A stretch of 64,000 nt of DNA from Vulcanimicrobiota bacterium (lineage in GTDB: Bacteria; Vulcanimicrobiota; Xenobia; Xenobiales; QWHO01): assembly GCA_039809865.1 (NCBI GenBank), contig JBDHVW010000039.1, forward strand, positions 1,758 through 65,757. The letters are read 5' to 3'. A program made the translations under genes and the position numbers. The notes under the pieces are model-generated. The model was given only the letters and a program-made list of their open reading frames with translations. It did no database searches and was not told the origin of the DNA. Of the stretch, positions 61,758-64,000 are shown one piece after another (the stretch's first letter is position 1; each line of letters starts with the position of its first letter).

Positions 61758-62738
61758 ATGAATCAGACCGCAATGTCCCCCGATATCACTTTGATGCAGA
61801 TGCTGACCGGCTACTGGGCCTGTCAGACGCTGGCCACCGCAGCCCGCCTGGGCGTCATCGACGCCCTTCCCGGAAAGGCCGACGAGCTGGCCACGAAGCT
61901 CGCTCTCGATTCGGACGGCCTGACCCGGCTGCTGCGCGGCTGCGTGGCCCTGGAGGCGATGAACCTGCGCCAGGACGGAACCTTCGAGCTGACCGAGATG
62001 GGACAGATGCTGCGCACGGATGCGCCCCGCTCCATGGCAGCGATGGCCATCATGATGACGGACCCGGGCCACTGGAACAGCTGGGGACAGCTCCCTCATA
62101 GCGTGCGCACGGGGGAGACCGGCGTCTTCAAAGGCGTTCAGAACCCGGAGATCTTCGACTACTACGCCCAGAACCCCGAGGAGAGCCACAACTTCAACCG
62201 CGCCATGGCCGGCATGACCGGCGCCTGGGCCGCCCAACTGGGCGAGAGCTACGATTTCACGCCCTTCGCGACCATCGCCGACATCGGTGGCAATCACGGC
62301 CTGATGCTGCAGGCGGCGCTGCGCCAGAACCCTAAAGCGCGCGGCCTCCTGTTCGACCTCGCCAACGTGCTGTCGGACGTGGGCACGCACGAGCGCGTCG
62401 AGAAGGTCGTGGGCAACTTTTTCGACTCGGTGCCGGTGGCCGATTGCTACATCCTCAAGCATATCCTGCACGATTGGAACGATGAGCAGTCGGTGGCCAT
62501 CCTCAAGACGATCCGGCAGGCGATGCCGGAGGGCGGTCGCCTCCTGATCCTGGAGATGCTGCTCGAGGACGAGCCCGGCTTGGCTGACATGATGAACCTC
62601 AACATGCTGGTCATGACGGGCGGGCGCGAGCGCACGGCCGAGCAGTTCCGCGTGCTGCTCGAGCAGGCGGGGCTCAAGCTCAACCGCGTGCTGGCCACGC
62701 CGGCGATGTACAGCATCGTGGAAGCGGTTCGGAACTAA
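61758..62738 (+). CDS. Class I SAM-dependent O-methyltransferase (family 2, dimerisation domain plus MTase)
   Basis: N-terminal wHTH dimerisation block (LTGYWACQTLATAARLGVIDAL), SAM motif IADIGGNHG, and YILKHILHDWND. Confidence 0.85.
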   Translation: MNQTAMSPDITLMQMLTGYWACQTLATAARLGVIDALPGKADELATKLALDSDGLTRLLRGCVALEAMNLRQDGTFELTEMGQMLRTDAPRSMAAMAIMMTDPGHWNSWGQLPHSVRTGETGVFKGVQNPEIFDYYAQNPEESHNFNRAMAGMTGAWAAQLGESYDFTPFATIADIGGNHGLMLQAALRQNPKARGLLFDLANVLSDVGTHERVEKVVGNFFDSVPVADCYILKHILHDWNDEQSVAILKTIRQAMPEGGRLLILEMLLEDEPGLADMMNLNMLVMTGGRERTAEQFRVLLEQAGLKLNRVLATPAMYSIVEAVRN

Positions 62739-62781
62739 ACTTTCTTCGGGGGCGGTCATTCAGGGGACGGAGGGCGAGGAA

Positions 62782-64000
62782 ATGAAAAAGTGGATGTTTG
62801 GTCTGACCCTGGGAGCCACGTTGTTGTGGGCCTCCGGGTGCGGAGGAGATGGTCAGCTCGAGACGAGCGGTTCCAACGTCACCCCGACGGGGGGGCTCGT
62901 CATCGGCGAAGAGACCCTGCCGGCGCGCGATGGGGACCAGACGAACCGGATGCAGCTGGTGGGCCTGAATGAGGCCGGCGAGGTCGTTTTCGGGCCGGTC
63001 GACAGCGATGAGAACAACCAGTTCCACATCAACCTGCCCGAGCGTCCGGCCGGACTCAAGAAAATCCGCATCGACTATCTGCGCAATGGCGGACTGGCGC
63101 TGTTCCGGGCCGAGTTCGACGTGCCCGAGGATGACAACGTCGAGATCCACATCAACCCCGACGAGGTCCCCATCGACCTGCAGACCAGCGCCTTCCGGCT
63201 AACGCCCGATGGCAACGGCGGGTTCAACATCACGGAGAGCCTGGGCGGAGCGCCGCTGCTCACCGAGGACACCGTTCAGAACAAAGCGGATACGAATTTC
63301 CGCGTCAAAGGCGTCTGTTACGCCCCCGCGCCGATCCAGTTCGACTCGACCCAGGGGCCGGCCATCGGCGACCTGTTCTGGGATACCTTCCAGCCGGTGC
63401 CGGGCGTCAACGTTTTCAACTGGTTCTCGTTGTGGGGCAAAGGCTTTCTCTTCGACAACTTCTTTGCTCGCAACGATCTGGACAACATCCGCAAGCTGGG
63501 CGCCAACACGGTGCGGACCTACTGCATGATTTCGCGACAGCTGCCAGGGTCGAGCAAGGACGTCTATCCGGCGCCGCTGTCGGGCAACCACTTCACCCAC
63601 AAGCAGTTTCTGGATCAGTGTTGGAACAACGGCGACCGGCCGCTGCGCGTGATCGTCGGCATCCCCATCCCGGACCGGGTGCTTTATCAGTACATCGAGG
63701 ATCCCAAGCAGACCGCCTTCTGGGAAGCTACCCTGCGCGAGACCGTGAACGACCTCAAGGATCACCCGGCCGTGCTCGGTTTCACCATCATGAACGAGCA
63801 GGACGAGAACAAGTCCGCTTTCCCGCCTGGCGGCGCCAACTCGGATAGTGACTTCTATTACGGCCGGCTGAAGAAGTACAGCGACGTGGTCAAGGAGCTG
63901 GCCCCCAACAAGCTCTGCGGTTGGGCCGCCCACGACTTCCCCGACCTGGTCAAGTTCGCCAGCACCCAGCCTGTGGGCGGTCCCAAGTATCTCGAGCAAC
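62782..64000 (+). CDS. Lipoprotein with a clan GH-A (TIM-barrel) glycoside hydrolase-like domain, 3'-truncated by the window end
   Basis: Read by eye (open-ended, not in the track). MKKWMFGLTLGATLLWASGCGG carries a lipobox. VKGVCYAP..., NIRKLGANTVRTY and GFTIMNEQD (catalytic NE motif) follow. There are no stops through 64000, and the track's minus ORF 63199-63999 is its antisense shadow. Confidence 0.65.
   Translation, partial: MKKWMFGLTLGATLLWASGCGGDGQLETSGSNVTPTGGLVIGEETLPARDGDQTNRMQLVGLNEAGEVVFGPVDSDENNQFHINLPERPAGLKKIRIDYLRNGGLALFRAEFDVPEDDNVEIHINPDEVPIDLQTSAFRLTPDGNGGFNITESLGGAPLLTEDTVQNKADTNFRVKGVCYAPAPIQFDSTQGPAIGDLFWDTFQPVPGVNVFNWFSLWGKGFLFDNFFARNDLDNIRKLGANTVRTYCMISRQLPGSSKDVYPAPLSGNHFTHKQFLDQCWNNGDRPLRVIVGIPIPDRVLYQYIEDPKQTAFWEATLRETVNDLKDHPAVLGFTIMNEQDENKSAFPPGGANSDSDFYYGRLKKYSDVVKELAPNKLCGWAAHDFPDLVKFASTQPVGGPKYLEQ

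Overview
GC-rich (about two-thirds G+C by eye, not computed) bacterial chromosomal segment with about 60 protein genes. I recognised no rRNA, tRNA, CRISPR array, transposase, integrase or phage genes. All homology calls come from motifs read in the supplied translations and recalled family signatures; no searches were run.

Housekeeping backbone: sbcC(partial)-sbcD, AlkA-like glycosylase, C26 amidotransferase-type hydrolase, Ser/Thr kinase, metH, GST, Na+/H+ antiporter, LLM oxidoreductase, ECF sigma factor, GMC oxidoreductase plus Tat-signal small subunit, IPMDH-family dehydrogenase, hbd-crotonase-thiolase, moeA, tatA-tatC-tatA, folD-rex, M29 aminopeptidase, YfhO-like membrane protein, leuS, an O-methyltransferase and an open-ended GH-A-type lipoprotein.

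Three genes are missing from the ORF track and were read by eye:
- sbcC 5' end (1-138, minus strand)
- a 53-aa tatA (41616-41777)
- the open-ended lipoprotein (62782-64000)

Most unusual coding content:
1. A complete PilC/GspF platform protein fused to a ~640-aa proline-rich, repeat-bearing N-terminal extension, with no secretion ATPase nearby.
2. Several signal-peptide-less hypothetical or repeat proteins, and a two-HKD phospholipase-D protein, share a short N-terminal motif (M-[QT]-hydrophobic ... Ala/Thr run ... Y/R). Three of the hypothetical proteins also share a C-terminal I-x6-h-x-h-GG-[VI]-x-[VL]-[RK]-x-[RK] motif.
3. A decayed DUF433/DUF5615 toxin-antitoxin pair in a lower-GC islet.
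4. A divergent NUDT9-like Nudix / Cys-phosphatase pair.
5. An (AAKP)20 histone-H1-like protein.

Most unusual non-coding content:
1. A dispersed family of heptanucleotide tandem arrays (TCGACAG/TTGACAG/TTGGCAG/GGTAGAC) at six loci. Several end in a GGAGAGG Shine-Dalgarno-like box, and two are embedded in a ~144-nt composite element rich in CCGCCAGGG.
2. A 36-nt x3.6 tandem repeat in a divergent promoter region.
3. An AT-rich promoter island with interleaved direct repeats.
4. A ~93-nt AT-rich GGAGATT/AATCTCC long hairpin between convergent genes.

Many long ORFs in the track are antisense shadows typical of high-GC DNA and were rejected.
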